Shown: positions 1 to 13,074, counted from the first letter of the stretch. The stretch is DNA of 64,000 nucleotides from Octopus bimaculoides (GCF_001194135.2 NC_068982.1:110643468-110707467); one strand, 5' to 3'. Numbers and translations: made by a program. The notes: generated from the letters alone by a model not told the origin.

Positions 1-181
1 AGACATACACTCATGAGTGCAAGTTTATTCACTCACACGCATATATGCATACATGAAAGAATTCAGATAACCACAAGCTCCAAGAGCTTGAATTCTGCAA
101 AAGTAAAAAAAAAATTCCCATATAAATCCCCCAAAAACACACACACGCACGCACATACACTCGCACGCGTGCGCAGACACA

Positions 182-289
<108 letters not shown>

Positions 290-1129
290 CACATACGGTG
301 CATAGTGGTGTGATGCTCTAAAGCAGTAGTTCTTAACCTGGGCGGTGATGCTCTTTTGGGGCATGACAAGATCACAAGAAACTGATGTGTGGCCAATGGG
401 CATTCAGAAGTACTATGGCTCTTCAGAGAAATAAAATGTTACATCGAGTTACAATAGTTATATTTTAGACACATTAAAAAATAAATATCATTGTGCTGTC
501 AGTGATTATATAAATTAGAAAATGGAAACTCCCTGTCTTTAGTAGGAATAAAAATCACTATTGTTAATGTTTCTCATAGCTACTTGAGAAAAGATTCAGC
601 TTAGTAGTACAACTGTTAACTAAAATTTTAATTGCAATGTCTTTTGTTTTAGTTGCGTGTATCAGCAATTACTTGTAATGTAAGCACCGGGCTAGCAGTT
701 TTGAAAAGAGATTAGTAGATACCATCGATCTAGTATGTAACTGGTACTTTAGTTTATTGACCCCAGGTGGATGAAATGCAAAGCTGATGCCAGCAGATTT
801 GACCCGAGAATATTGCAGCAGGCAATATTTGAATGGTCGTTGGCGATATGCACTTAGTTCAAAATAAAAGGTTCTCAATCTTGTGCCGCTACGCGTCCCC
901 TGAAAGGCGTTTGTAAAATGTTATTCAGTGAAAGCTATGCTGTTTTGCAAAAATAAATAAATTATAATAAATATAATCAATTTTTAATTATTTTAATCAA
1001 ATAAAAACCTAGGAAGGCATGCGAAGCTCATAGACACAGATATTCTCTCTCTGGCTAATGTGTATTCTTTTTATTGGAGATAATATATCATAGAAGATTA
1101 CATTATCTTCTGTGTCCTTTACTTATATA

Positions 1130-1210
1130 AGAAAGAAAGGTGTGACTTGAAGGAGAGTTAGCTGTTATTTCTGGCAAGTTGGGCGACAACATTGAGATTC
1201 TCTCGTTGTT
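1130..1210 (+). repeat. Short dispersed repeat (family 3), diverged copies also at about 4630-4715 and 18510-18572
   Basis: Shared gaga(g/a)ttagctg(t/c)t..tttc..gc..g..gcgac(a/c)ac..agag..tctc motif; class unknown. Confidence 0.45.
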
Positions 1211-2149
1211 TCAATGTTTGTAAAACTCTCGATGTTTGTGTTTCATTTTCCATTTGCTACCAGAACAGAAATTTCATTAAATAGAATCAGGTTAACTGAC
1301 GCTAAACCTCCTGGAAATGCTTTCTTTTAATTTTCTTTTTGTTGCCATGGTTATGTATTTCAGGGGCTTTGTAGTTATGGGGGAAAATGTGGAGATATTT
1401 AGATGTTCATATATTTCCTGAGATCATATGCAACGGAGGTGAAGTACACTTGATGTCACTTGAAGATCGAAATCCTGGGCTGGTATCTTGATTCTCAAAG
1501 TCTTGATTCTCTCTTTACATTTTGCTGTAATTTTCACGCCTTATCTAACATAATCATTGGTAACGTAATTTCATTTCGATTCTCGAATGAAGCTATTTCA
1601 CTTAACTTACGTTACTAGTTCCTCCGAGTAAGTCATGAAAAGCTCAACTTCCTATTCCCATCATCCAAAATATACGGTCTTAGTACAATGTTTAGAGTAG
1701 CATTCAATATGGCTGATGTTCTTGATATAGATTTCATTTTAAATCTATAATAATAATCTTTTATTATGCATATTAATCCATAGAAGGGTCGATTGAGTGA
1801 CAGAAACGGTTAAGAGCCGGACTAAATTTACTTTAATTATTTTCTTCCGAATTCGTTCTTCATTCAAATTCCACCGGAGACGAAAATGTCTTTCATCACT
1901 TCAGTGTCGATAAAATAATTAACAGTCAATTATATTATGGTCAATTCAATCAACTAAATACATTTACACTAACAGTTGTATCTTTGTGTCAATATAAGAA
2001 GTCAATATCAATCAATAATAACATATGTAGCTGTAAAATGAATTGAAAAGTCTGCAGGAAATTTCAGTGAGTTTGCAGTTTAAAGAATCAACCATTGCCC
2101 CTCAAGTCATCATAATAATAACTGTTTCTGATTTAGACACAAAGCCGGC

Positions 2150-2348
2150 AATTTTGAAGGGACGGAGCTTAGTCAGTTCTGTAGACACTAGTACTTTATT
2201 TTATCGACTGGTACTTCATTGTATCAACTCCTAAAGGACGAAAGACAAAGTTTACTTCAGCGGGAGTTGAATTCAGAAACGTGAAGAGCTAGAAGAAATA
2301 CTACGTGAAATTTTGCTCAAAGCGTTAAAGGTTCCGCCAAGTTGCCTC
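2150..2348 (-). mobile_element. SINE family 1 copy (diverged)
   Basis: Reverse complement contains the B-box-like ttctgaattcaactccc and the core ctttcgtccttt..gatacaatgaagtaccag. Confidence 0.7.
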
Positions 2349-2375
2349 TTTGAATTATAACATTACTAATCATGA

Positions 2376-2568
2376 AAAGGCGGTGAACTGGCAGAATCGT
2401 TAGCGGCATTTCGCCCGCTTTTACGTTCCGAGTCCAAATTCCGTCGATGTCGACTTTGCTTTCATGTCCTTAGTAAGTACCAGTTGAGCACTTGGGTTGA
2501 TGAAATCGACTTAAACCCCTCTCCCGAACTTGCTGGCCTTGTACCAAAATTTGAAGCTAATATCTACT
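2376..2568 (+). mobile_element. SINE family 1 copy (ggccttgtaccaaaatttgaa tail)
   Basis: aggcggtgaactggcagaatcgttagc..gtcgactttgctttcat..aagtaccagttgagcac. Confidence 0.8.
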
Positions 2569-4330
2569 AAATACTAACTAACTTCAGATAGCTGTTGTAG
2601 TTTTACTTATAATTAACTCCATGAATTTACAGAATCAGTAGAATATCTAAGCACATATATTGCTGTATTGAGTTAAGTCATTATACAATTTGCTTTAACA
2701 TGTTAGTCAAGAAAGAGACTGTGATGCCGTCAACTTTCCACAAAATTGAGTAGACTCCAGTAACGGCACACAGAGACAAGATGTGGCATTAAGTCGGGTG
2801 GCGTGATAGGCTTCAGTACAAATCCAGTTGAGTTCATTTTTAAACCTCTTTCAGGTGTTGTCAACGCTGTTGTTATTTAACTATAAATTAACTCTGAATG
2901 AGCAGACATCTACAATCATCTTATTTTTCAGACACTATATCGCGCACTACATTATCAAGGGTGTCTTTATTTCAAAGGAGATTTTTAGAAAGTCGATTAA
3001 CCATTTAAAAGTTTTCTCATTGGCTTGCTCTTCAGACACAGGTAAAATAAGTACCAGTTATATATGATGGTGTCTATTTAATCTACTATTACTATTCACC
3101 CCAAAATGTGTGGTCTTGTGTCTATGTGAGGGATCAATATATATATATATATATATGCTGTTCTTCATCATTCTTCTGAAAACAGACAAGTCAAAGAAAA
3201 CCGATTAATGGTTGCCAAGACAAATTTGTGTTGGAACGAAAATATTAAGACGGAATTCAGCAAACAAAAAAACAAAACAAAGCAAAAAATATAAAAAACA
3301 AAACAAAAGTGGTTTTTGATATTCTTCCAATGCTTTCGTCAATAAATACAACGGCGAAGGGGAAAGAGTTTCCACTGATTTTACTGAGTATATATCAATA
3401 CAGGATAAAATAAAGAAATTGCTGTTCACAGGAGAAAAGAAAAAAAAAATCGGTGATCTTTTATTAGAAGACAAATTATAGGGAGATGAGCTACCTATAG
3501 ATTATTCCTGATATCGATGTAATGTGCTCAGATTCCTGGACACGAATTCGGCGTGAATTAGAAGAGATTATAAAATGTGCCACAAAATTAACAAAGATAA
3601 TTCACTTAGACAACACAATGTTAAAACTTTACGATGATGAGCTGATTAAGATATTGTTAATAGGAAATTGGCAAGAAAGAAGGAGGCCGCTTCTCTGATA
3701 TGACTGATAAAATAATACCACAATATTAATCACGACGAGTGCGGAGTGATTAGGTTTTGACTTTCGCTTTTTTTTTTCTGATCTTATTTCTACTTCATTA
3801 TTCTATCTTCGGTTCGAACTCATATTATTTATTTCAATGAATAGTAATAAATAACAAAAATATCAAAGAATTTCTGAGATGCCACACAAACACAGAAATT
3901 TAGGCTTAAATTAATATTGTATACTTACACTTTTATTTACTCCTGCTTTTAACATACACATGAGATCAAACATTTTTGAGAACGAAATAGTTCGTTAAAT
4001 CGACCTTAATATTGGAATGGTTGTTATTTTATTACCCTGCAAAAAAAAAAAAGAAAAAGAAAATCGATGTCGATCGCAGCGAGATTTGATCTCAGATCGT
4101 AAAATTAACTAAATACTGCAAGGTATTTTTGCTACATGTTCTGTTTATTATGTCTTCTACCACCCTCTAACAAGAATATAACAATGATTTTTAAGATTGG
4201 TACAAAGCCACACACATATTTTTTGAGTGTAGGGAAGAACTGTATATTTTGTTAAATCTGACCCAGAGTCTTATTTGAGTGACCCAAAGTGATGAAGTGA
4301 ATACATTGGTAAGCATAATCAAAAGACATT

Positions 4331-4553
4331 GCTGGCAGAAACGTTAGCACGCCGGGCAAAATGCTTCGCGGTATTTCGTCTGCCGTTACGATCTGAGTTC
4401 AAATTCCGCCGAGGTCGACTTTGCCTTTCATCCTTTCTGGGGTCGATAAATTAAGTACCAGTTACGCACTGGGGTCGATGTAATCGACTTAACCCATTTG
4501 TCTGTCCTTGTTTGTCCCCTCTATGTTTAGCCTCCTGTGGGCAATAACGAAAT
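4331..4553 (+). mobile_element. SINE family 1 copy (same tail as 23825-24060)
   Basis: Near-identical to 23825-24060. Possible 10-bp TSD with one mismatch (aagacattgc/aagacgttgc). Confidence 0.88.
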
Positions 4554-5447
4554 AAGACGTTGCATTGAAAACTATCCCCTGCCAGACATTTTATATAAAG
4601 ATTGCAATAAGTAACGTGTCATTTTTTAAAAAAAGTTGTTACGGCTAATTTAAGGATGATTTAACTGCCACTTCAGCATGCCAAGCAACCACGTAGAGTC
4701 TCTCTCGTTGACTCATGAAAAAAAATTTTTTTTGAAATTTTGTCATTTTAAATACAGACTAAGGAAGAATACTCGTAAACGTGTTCTGCATAAGCGTCAA
4801 ATAGTAAAATCAAGGCTAATATATACATAATATAATAATAAATAATCATTAGCTTAATGATCACTTAAGCCAAAAAAAAAAAAAAGAAAAAAGTGACGTA
4901 GACAACAAGGAAATTTTACTTTAATTAAAAACAAAATGAGCAATGCAGTTTTTATTACTTTGTCAAGAAGAGAAAATTATCTTCATAATTTCATTAATAA
5001 AGGATTGGTTTTCTGTTCATTACTAAGTTGCTTCTTTCATTCCCCAGTCATTGTCAGAAGTATTCATTATCTTTTGAAAGTTTAGACTGTTGTTATTGAC
5101 ATATTTGGACGTGATCCACTTAAATATGAACATCTTCTGCTTGGAATGCAAAGGTATGCTGATAGTGTATATAGAATTATCATTTATGGAATATTGTTTT
5201 CTACCATCAGTAGAAGTGTTCTAATTATGTGATTTTCAGGAAATTCTCGTGGGTATTAGGGGAGTAAGTGAAGAGTAATCAGTACGGCCATCGATCAATT
5301 ACACACACAGACACACACACACACACATAACAGAAGTAAATAGACACCCCATGAAATATAGTTTTATGTTTATTTTAACTTTAAAAGCTTATATTTTTTA
5401 TTAATTGACATTTTTATGTTTCAGGTTCTATATGTGACTTTTTAATC

Positions 5448-6421
5448 ATGCCACTCACGAAAGAAGCCTTGAAAGTGTCTGAATCTCAAAGAGGCCGTAT
5501 TGTGAGTCAATCTGAAGGTGGATTTAGTATAAAATCACAGAAAACCCTGAGATCCCGCTTTCTACAGTTAATCGAGTGATTGTGCAATTTACCAGAGAGG
5601 GGAAGGAGTCCGCATCATCTCACCCAGGTCAACCAGAAACCCTCTGACAGGACCCTTCGCTTCGTTAAGAGGATAATCCTCATTGCAAGGCCTCTGACAT
5701 AGCAGAACAAGTTTATGTCAGTCCCAGAGCAGCCGTCAGGTATCTTCACAAACTTGGCTACTATGGCAGAGCAGCAAGAAGGAAGCTACTTCTTCGACCA
5801 GCGAATATCAAGGGGAGAAAAGACTGGACCAGTGAGATGGTGGAGAGGCCACTAGCATTTTGGAACATTGTCATATTCTTTGATGACTCCAGATTTGCTG
5901 TATTTTCTGACAGTGGTCAAGTGTGGGTTTGGAGACTCTGTGATCAACAATTTGACATGAAAAGATTGCAGCAAACAATGAAACACAGTAGCTATTCTGT
6001 GATGTCTGGGGAGCAATTTGGAGCAATGGTCGATCAGAGTTGGTAGAGTGTGAAGGAAACATAAACTCAGATAAATATGTGTCCATACTGCAGAAAGGTG
6101 AAATGATTAAAGAAGACACTTTATGGAAGATGTGGTTCCTTGTCACATGGCTAAAAAGACCCAAGATTGGTTCGAAGAGAACACATTAAAAAGCTTCCAT
6201 GGCCAAGCCAGTCACCAGATATAAACTCTATTGAACACCTCTGGGGCATAATGGACAGAACACTTCATAAAAAGAAAAAGAAAGCATCCTCAAAGCCAGA
6301 TATTTTGAGATTACTCCATGAAATCTAGCAAGAAACTCCTCAAGAGAATGTTTATCATCTGATCATGCCTAGTAGCGTCCTTGCATTGAAAAATGAAAAG
6401 GACGTGTCTAGTAGATATTAG
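5448..6421 (+). mobile_element. Degenerate Tc1/mariner-superfamily (Tc1-like, DD34E) transposase
   Basis: Frameshifted translation gives an N-terminal HTH ([35 protein letters not shown]), [12 protein letters not shown] (first D), [23 protein letters not shown] (second D) and [15 protein letters not shown] (E). D-to-E spacing is 34 residues if one lost base is restored. TIRs were not recognised. Confidence 0.88.
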
Positions 6422-6504
6422 ATACTCACGTTATAATAACTAATAAATAATTTGAATGTATAATTTCAGATTTAAATAAATTTTAACGATTATAAAGGTA
6501 TCTA

Positions 6505-6775
6505 TTTGAGTATCTTTCATCTTTTCTGCGTCTTGCAGTTCGTATCTGCATTTATTTTGAACGAGAATCCGCTCTTGGATTTTATGTGGGAACCATTTTC
6601 TAAGTATTTAAAGTTGTTGTTGCATGTTCCACATCTGCTTTCTCCATATTCTTTTTCGGATAATTCTGATTCATTCTCTGATCTGAATTTTGCTCTTGTT
6701 AAGTGTCTTTTGAGACTTTTTGGTTGGCGTCTACTGTTTCGTAAGGGGTTTTTATCAATCAGATCTTCCATTTTG
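6505..6775 (-). mobile_element. Penelope-like element fragment (RT to GIY-YIG linker)
   Basis: ORF 6517..6771 reads SRRQPKSLKRHLTRAKF...SRCGTC...FSFKINADTNCKTQ, the RQPxNLKxxLxRAKF plus CxxxRCxxC linker typical of PLEs. Similar peptides occur at 56930-57180 and 63823-64000. Confidence 0.75.
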
Positions 6776-6776
6776 G

Positions 6777-8094
6777 GGCTGTGCTCCCGTGGGGCAGAGG
6801 TGGCGAATGCTTACATTGCCTCCGTTATCATTTATCGCCTGACCGTTGTGCCTTGTCCCGGTTACTGCTTGACCAAGTTGGAACGTCCCTCATTTAAATT
6901 CTTGTGGAAGGGACCCGTTCCAATGGTCAGGCGGTCAGTCTGTTGCTAACATCCTCTGAGTGGCGGATTAGGTATGCCGTGGCTCCCAATGCGCAGACAC
7001 GCGCTTAGATTACGCCACCTGCAACGATTTCTGGAGGTGAGCGTGTGTAAGTTTCGTTTGTGAGGCTCGTCTTTCCGCAGCTCGTCTCCTGACCTGGGTG
7101 AAGAAAAGACCGAGACTGGGCGCCTGGCACCTAGAATGTCGTCAGGCGCTCACAACCTTCTACCAGTCGGGCAATGGGATCGGTGGATGTTCTGCTTTAG
7201 AATTTTATAGAGGATTAGTAGCGGGGAAGTGCGACGACATTCTCGGAGAGACTCTGGGCGCCGACGAAAATGAACTGGCTAGCCTTTTCCGGAAGGCTTT
7301 CCGGTCGGGAACTATCAGGGATAATTTCCAGATGTGCTTGGCCTGGCAGTACCACCGGGGGCGCTACCGGTTCGAGAAAAGCTCTACAGGCACGGATGCG
7401 CTGTCAGNNNNNNNNNNNNNNNNNNNNNNNNNNNNNNNNNNNNNNCACGTCCTCGTTCAGTGTCCGGGTATTGCTGACTTGTGGGGTTATGTTGAAAAGA
7501 TGCTGTCACGTGTGGGACGGATCCGTCTGTCGGCCGAGTCTGTAGTAATGATTGCACCGCCGCCCACCTTCAATCGGGCAAGTAAGACAGTTTTACTTTG
7601 GCTGGTGGCTGTGACAAAAGAGTTTGTTTGGTGGACAAGGTTGAAAGGCATCACGACAGATACATTCCTCTTTGGTAGAGCTCTCATTGACTTTTTCAAG
7701 TTTCACTTGAAAAGGAAATTGAGAGTGGAAATTATCGAAAGGTGGGTGAAAGTTGCGAAACTGGCTAGAGTGGATGGTCCCTCTCTAAGTATAAACCTGT
7801 GAGCCAGAGGGAAGGAATTGGTGGGGGCACTTGCTCATAGAGTTTCAGGGAAATCTCGGACAGTGGGGTTCCTCGGTTATCCCTAGAGGCGTACCTGTAT
7901 CAGGAGGGCTACATCTCTATCATCCCGACCCCACTTTTTTGTACCTTTGTATGGTATGCATATGTCTCTTCTTTTCCAGTGTATACTTTCGTTTTTTTTT
8001 TTATCATTTCATTATTATATGTAAACCCCAACACTTTATTTCTGTCTCTGTATTGTCCCCCTCATCCTTCGCCCTTGTGGCAAATAAATGAAAT
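6777..8094 (+). mobile_element. 5'-truncated L1/Tx1-clade LINE (ORF2 C-terminus plus 3' UTR)
   Basis: RGAEVANAYIASVIIYRLTVVPCP..KLERPSFKFLWKG..VRRSVC..GGLGMPWL and HVLVQCP..LW..VE...ERWV match the post-RT region of Tx1 ORF2. Stop at 7800-7802. The 3' UTR ends gcccttgtggcaaataaatgaaat followed by (ATT)n. Confidence 0.85.
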
Positions 8095-8127
8095 CATTAT
8101 TATTATTATTAGCACCAGCAGCAGCAA

Positions 8128-8335
8128 CAAGCTAGCAGAATCGTTAGCGCGCTGGTCGAAATGCTTAGCAGTATTTCGTCTGTCGTTACGTTCTGTGTTC
8201 TAATTCCACTGAAACCGACCTTAGCTTTCATCATTTCGGGGTCGATAAAATAACTACCAGTGAAACATTGGAGTCGATGTAATTGACTCATTCCCTCCCC
8301 CAAAAGGGCTGCCTTTGTGGCAAAACTTGAAACTA
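8128..8335 (+). mobile_element. SINE family 1 copy ending in (ATT)n
   Basis: gctagcagaatcgttagc..ctttcatcatttcggggtcgataaaataactaccag. Confidence 0.8.
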
Positions 8336-8353
8336 TTATTATTATTATTATTT

Positions 8354-8540
8354 CTCTTTATCACAGGTTTGGTTAGAGCTCCTAGAGTCTTGCATCTGTA
8401 GCGGGCTTGCTACCTGCAGCCCACGGTACCATGCTATCCGTTCTTTTCAGCTATCTAATACTTTCCTGATTATTCTGGCCGTACCAACGAAGCAAACCTT
8501 TTGTAACAGTTCTACTGGGCACTCTATTCCAGTTTCCTTT
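8354..8540 (-). mobile_element. R4/Dong-clade non-LTR retrotransposon 3' end (fragment A)
   Basis: Minus strand reads ETGIECPVELLQKVCFVGTARIIRKVLDS*, then a 3' UTR and (TAA)n. Same subfamily as 11209-11380. Confidence 0.8.
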
Positions 8541-8551
8541 TATTATTATTA

Positions 8552-10318
8552 TAGCATGAAAAATTTCATTATTTTGCTAGGTATGATGGAAAATATCAGC
8601 TGTCCACAGCCAGAAGACTAAGGTAACACTAGTTTGCTGATCATGCTTCAGGAACCTTGCGGAGGACATTTGCACTCCCAAGCAATGATTTTTGTAGGTA
8701 TTCTATCTTTACATTCGCTCCTATCTTTTTGAGCCATGCTGGTAGTTGGGTACTGATACTTCCAAGTGTACAGCCACTATTGATATCACATTCACTTTCT
8801 CCATTGCCCACAACATGCGTATTTTCTACTTCAATTCATTGCAATTCTTCACTTTTTTTTCTTTCCCTTCAATCCTGTCGTCACCCGGACATGTCCATAT
8901 GTCAATTGCCCGGCATGTTTTTTCTTTTCTGTTCACTACAATAATGTCAGGTTTCGATGTCTAATCTGATGATCACACTGAATCATTATATCCCACAGGA
9001 TTTTGCAATCCTTGTTCTCAATAACTCATACATAGCGGGTCTTTGATCTTTCTAGGTCATAATTTCAACAAAGCTCCTAGTAGATCATTTTTGCCCCATT
9101 GTTATTTCACCTTTTGTATTTACGTTGTGCCAATTTCAGGCATTCACTATCAATTAGCCACACTGTTTTACCCCTCTCATTAACAATCTGTATTTGTCGC
9201 TCTCAGTTGTTTTATCACTCCTGTACTTCACATAATTTGTCCTCAATGCTTGTTCTTGTGCCGCGTATATAAGTGCTTCTGTTTCTATCTTCAAGTCACT
9301 CCACCGCATCCATGACCACCGGCCTTCTATATTGTCTTTGCATTCGTATCTTTTGCAAACTGACCGTAATTTTCTCTCTTTCTATGCCATTTCATTTTTT
9401 ATGCTTTTTTCCTCTTTAAATTTCCCTTTCTCAACTCAATGATCAGTTTTGATGATTCCGAACTTCTTCACATGCTTCAGCAATAGTTTCACGGCATGTT
9501 TTTACATACTGTTTTCTTCTGATTCAACACAATTCTGATAAATGAATTAAACATCTCACACCCTTTTTTCCGGACAAATACAACCGATCAGTATCTCTCT
9601 CTCTTGGGATGAAACGCAACGTACAATGTCCGTGTCTTCGTATCCATACTCGTTAGTTCATTTTTTTGCCAGATTATGCTTCCAGCTCTATACCCAAGCG
9701 ATGTATTTACTGCTTGGATTTTATTCCATCCAGTCAATTTTCAACGCAGCACCAATCGTAATCTTCGGAAATACTCTTTCTTTAGCTGTTCTTTCATTTT
9801 CTTCTCCATGATTTCATTGAACTTTAATATGCCAAAGTACTTATAAACTTTCTTTTACTGTTTGTTTCATTACGTCTCTATTTGGAAATTCTATCCTTGC
9901 CAGGAACTTATTTACCTCTTTTCAGGCTCATTACACCACATTTCTTTGCATCATCACTAAAACAATGTTCACCAAGGGTCTCACTTGTACCCCATCCTTA
10001 CCATACAGCTTCAAATCTTTTATGAAGAGAAGATCGATTCTTTGTGTTTTCCCCTTGAACTGATATCTCAAGTTCATTTTTCTCGGTACCAAGGTCAGAG
10101 AGATCATGCAATGTACAAAAAGCTAACCTCCTTGAAAAATCCCTCTCTTGATGTCCAGAGAGTCCAAGCTTTTCAGAACGATGTCTACACAGTTTTCCAA
10201 CTCACCGTACTTCTCTTCAGATAACATGTTACATTCCTTTCAATTCCAAACACATCCAAGCGCTTAATGATCCACGAATGTGGAATCATATCATAAGCTT
10301 TGTGGTAATCAATCCAGG
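8552..10318 (-). mobile_element. R4/Dong-clade element, degenerate RT, zinc-knuckle region and REL endonuclease (fragment B)
   Basis: Minus-strand peptides KAYDMIPHSWII, IKRGIFQG, LLFIKDLKLYGK (decayed xDD motif), YKYFGIL, DLKIETEALIYAAQEQALRTNY, KILWDIMIQCDH and IEYLQKSLLGSANVLRKV occur in the expected order. Confidence 0.85.
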
Positions 10319-10320
10319 AT

Positions 10321-10368
10321 TCTTCTTCTTCTTCTTCTTCTTCTTCTTCTTCTTCTTCTTCTTCTTCT

Positions 10369-10403
<35 letters not shown>

Positions 10404-10588
10404 TTCTTCTCCTCCTCCTCCTCCTCCTCCTCCTCATTCTCTTCTTCTTCTTCTTCTTCTTCTTCTTCTTCTTCTTCTTCTTCTTCTTCTTCTTCTTCTT
10501 CTCCTCCTCCTCCTCCTCCTCCTCATCCTCATTCTCTTCTTCTTCTTCTTCTTCTTCTTCTTCTTCTTCTTCTTCTCCTACTCCTTCT
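10321..10588. repeat. Compound (TTC)n/(TCC)n polypyrimidine microsatellite
   Basis: Direct reading of the sequence. Confidence 0.95.
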
Positions 10589-10616
10589 TCATATTTGTTA
10601 GGTAGTATGATTTCTT

Positions 10617-10688
<72 letters not shown>

Positions 10689-10690
<2 letters not shown>

Positions 10691-11197
10691 TTTGCACAGT
10701 TTCAAACGCTGGAGATATACTACAGTGTCAGCTGTTGACTACCAGTGAGCTAAGGTAACAATTCTTATTTTTCGAGCACCTTCCGGAGTATTCGGGCGGT
10801 TCTAAGCAGTGCTGTTTTCTGCAAGTGCTCCACCCTTATTGCAAGCTCTATTTGTTCCACGTACTTCTCAAGATTTTTGCTTACTGTTCCCAGGGCTCCG
10901 ACAATTATTGGTAGCACTGCTACCTTTTTCATCGACCACAACTGCTTAACTTACCAAGCTAATCTGGCATATGTCTCGACTTTTCTTTCTTCCTCATCGC
11001 ATACCTTGTTGTTAGCTGGGCATGCTATATCTATGATCCAGCATAGTTTCTTTTCTTTCTCAATTAAGACTATGTCTGGCTTCCTATTCTCTATCTCATG
11101 GTCGCACTGAATCATAAAATCCCATAGGAATTTTGCATTTTTTATTTTCGATGATGCCTTCAGGTTTGTGGTCATACCAATTTTTTGCACTAATTCC
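10689..11197 (-). mobile_element. R4/Dong-clade element 3' fragment C (REL endonuclease)
   Basis: KFLWDFMIQCDHEIENRKPDIVLIEK..CWIIDIACP..EERKVETY (PD-D-xK core) and LPIIVGALGTV..LQKTALLRTARILRKVLEK*. Its 3' end abuts (TAA)n at 10618-10688. Confidence 0.88.
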
Positions 11198-11208
11198 ATT
11201 ATTATTAT

Positions 11209-12085
11209 GTCGGAGCTCCTGGAGTTTTGCATGCGTAGCGGGCTTACAACCTGCAGCCTACGGTACTGTGCTATTTGTTCTTTTCAGCTATCTAATACTT
11301 ACCTGATTATTCTGGCAGTTCCAAGGAGGCAAATCTTTTGTAACAGTTCTACTGGGCACTCTATTTTGATTTCCTTTATATTCCTCTTGATGCCTTCTGA
11401 TGCTGTTATCAAGGACTAAACAATAAGTGGCACTATTTTCACTTTCATTTTCCGTAGCCGGGCTATTTCATACTTATGAGGGTTGTATCTATCTGTCTTT
11501 TCGCCTTCCTTCTTGACTATTCGTGGGGCAACTGCAGCGTTAACTATATAGCATATGTGGTGCACCTTGTCCACCATCACTAGGTCCGGTCTGTTATACT
11601 CTAGCACCTGATCTGTTCGGATTGGAAAATCTCAGAAAAGTTTGCTAGCCTCCAACTCCACCACTCTCTGCGGTTTGTGCTCACACGTCTTGCCTCTCTC
11701 TGTCCCCCACCTTTCGCACAGTTTCCACTGTAGCACTTTCGCTACCTGTTCGTGTCGCCACAACTTGTAGTGATTTTGGGCAAGTCTAGGGTATTCGTTC
11801 GTGATATGGGCAATGGTTTCATCCACTCTATTGGAAATGCGTCACAGCGGAGACACTTGTTTATTCCTCAGGCTGACTCTGCAGTACGTGGCCAGAGCTT
11901 GGTCCTGCGCTGCCAGTGTAGTGCGCTTGGTTTCTTTTTTTAGGGTTCCTTTCATCAGCCAATCTCCAGCAACTTCTGTTGTTGCTACATGGAATTGATT
12001 GTGTAATCCCTTCTTGCGTAATTCTTCTTCATGTCTATTTTGTACTTCTTCCTTTGTTTTTCCTTTTTTCCCTATCCCTCGTTCC
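11209..12085 (-). mobile_element. R4/Dong-clade element 3' fragment D (zinc knuckle and REL)
   Basis: KKGLHNQF..DWLMKGTLKKET..LAAQDQAL, DETIAHITNEYPRLAQNHYKLWRHEQVA, YNRPDLVMVDK, KVKIVPLIV. Bounded by short (ATT)n at 11198 and long (ATT)n at 12087. Confidence 0.85.
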
Positions 12086-12158
<73 letters not shown>

Positions 12159-12162
<4 letters not shown>

Positions 12163-12836
12163 TTGGCTTTTTGCTTTTTGTCTCTTGAATTCCAGAGACT
12201 TCAAGAGACAACAAGTTAGAAGTCAAGTTGGTGTTATGACTAGGGTGCCATATTTTCGCTTTTCCACAAAGTATTGTTCTAGAGAATGTCTGTGAAAACA
12301 AAAAAAATTAGAAGTTTGTTTTAAAAGTAATTTGATTATAAGATGATAGTGTGATGTTAAGATGACGGAAAAAGGTATCTGCTATTATGTACATTTAAAA
12401 GTATTTTGATACTGTTTACAGATTAAAATATTTTGGAGAATGCATAGATAATATTTTCTTAGGATATAAGCAGTTTCCATGAGCACTATGTTTTGAATTT
12501 CTTCCATTTTTGGAAATACTGGTATCTGGGATTGGTAGCAATCAACCCCTTTTGCTAGGGTACCTATGACAACAGGTATAGTTTTAGTCTTGAGATTTCA
12601 CATTTTGCCAATTTCTATTTCAAGATCTTTATACTTGCTCTGATTTTGGGTCAGTCTTGACAGATACATTTATGTCGATTGGGAGAGTCATATCGATGAG
12701 AAGGCATAATTATTGCCTGAAATCCTTCAATATAATGTCTGGATTATTTGCATTTATCTTTCTGTCAGTTTGAATAACAAAGTTCCAAAGGAGTGAGATG
12801 TGGTCATTTTCAAACATTGGAGGTGGTTTGTGCTCC

Positions 12837-12837
<1 letters not shown>
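12159..12837 (-). mobile_element. R4/Dong-clade element 3' fragment E
   Basis: Minus strand EHKPPPMFENDHISLLWNFVIQTDRKINANNPDIILKDF..CLLIDM..YKDLEIEI..KTKTIPVVIG. A paralogue of 13082-13700, bounded by (ATT)n on both sides. Confidence 0.85.
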
Positions 12838-12908
<71 letters not shown>

Positions 12909-12918
12909 CATTATTATT

Positions 12919-12990
12919 TGTACTTTTCGTCTTGTGTTTGTCCTTACATGTTTTTTGAATTATGTTAGCCCTTGTGGTCAATAAAACCAG
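12919..12990 (+). mobile_element. Isolated 3' terminus of a Tx1-like LINE (or related SINE) between two (ATT)n runs
   Basis: gtcttgtgtttgtcc...gcccttgtggtcaataaa followed by (ATT)n matches the Tx1 3' end at 8041-8094. Confidence 0.55.
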
Positions 12991-13000
12991 AATTATTATG

Positions 13001-13074
<74 letters not shown>

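Noticed and set aside
5200-6500. Terminal inverted repeats for the Tc1-like element
   Set aside because: I could not find matching inverted ends or TA TSDs by eye, so only the transposase remnant is reported.
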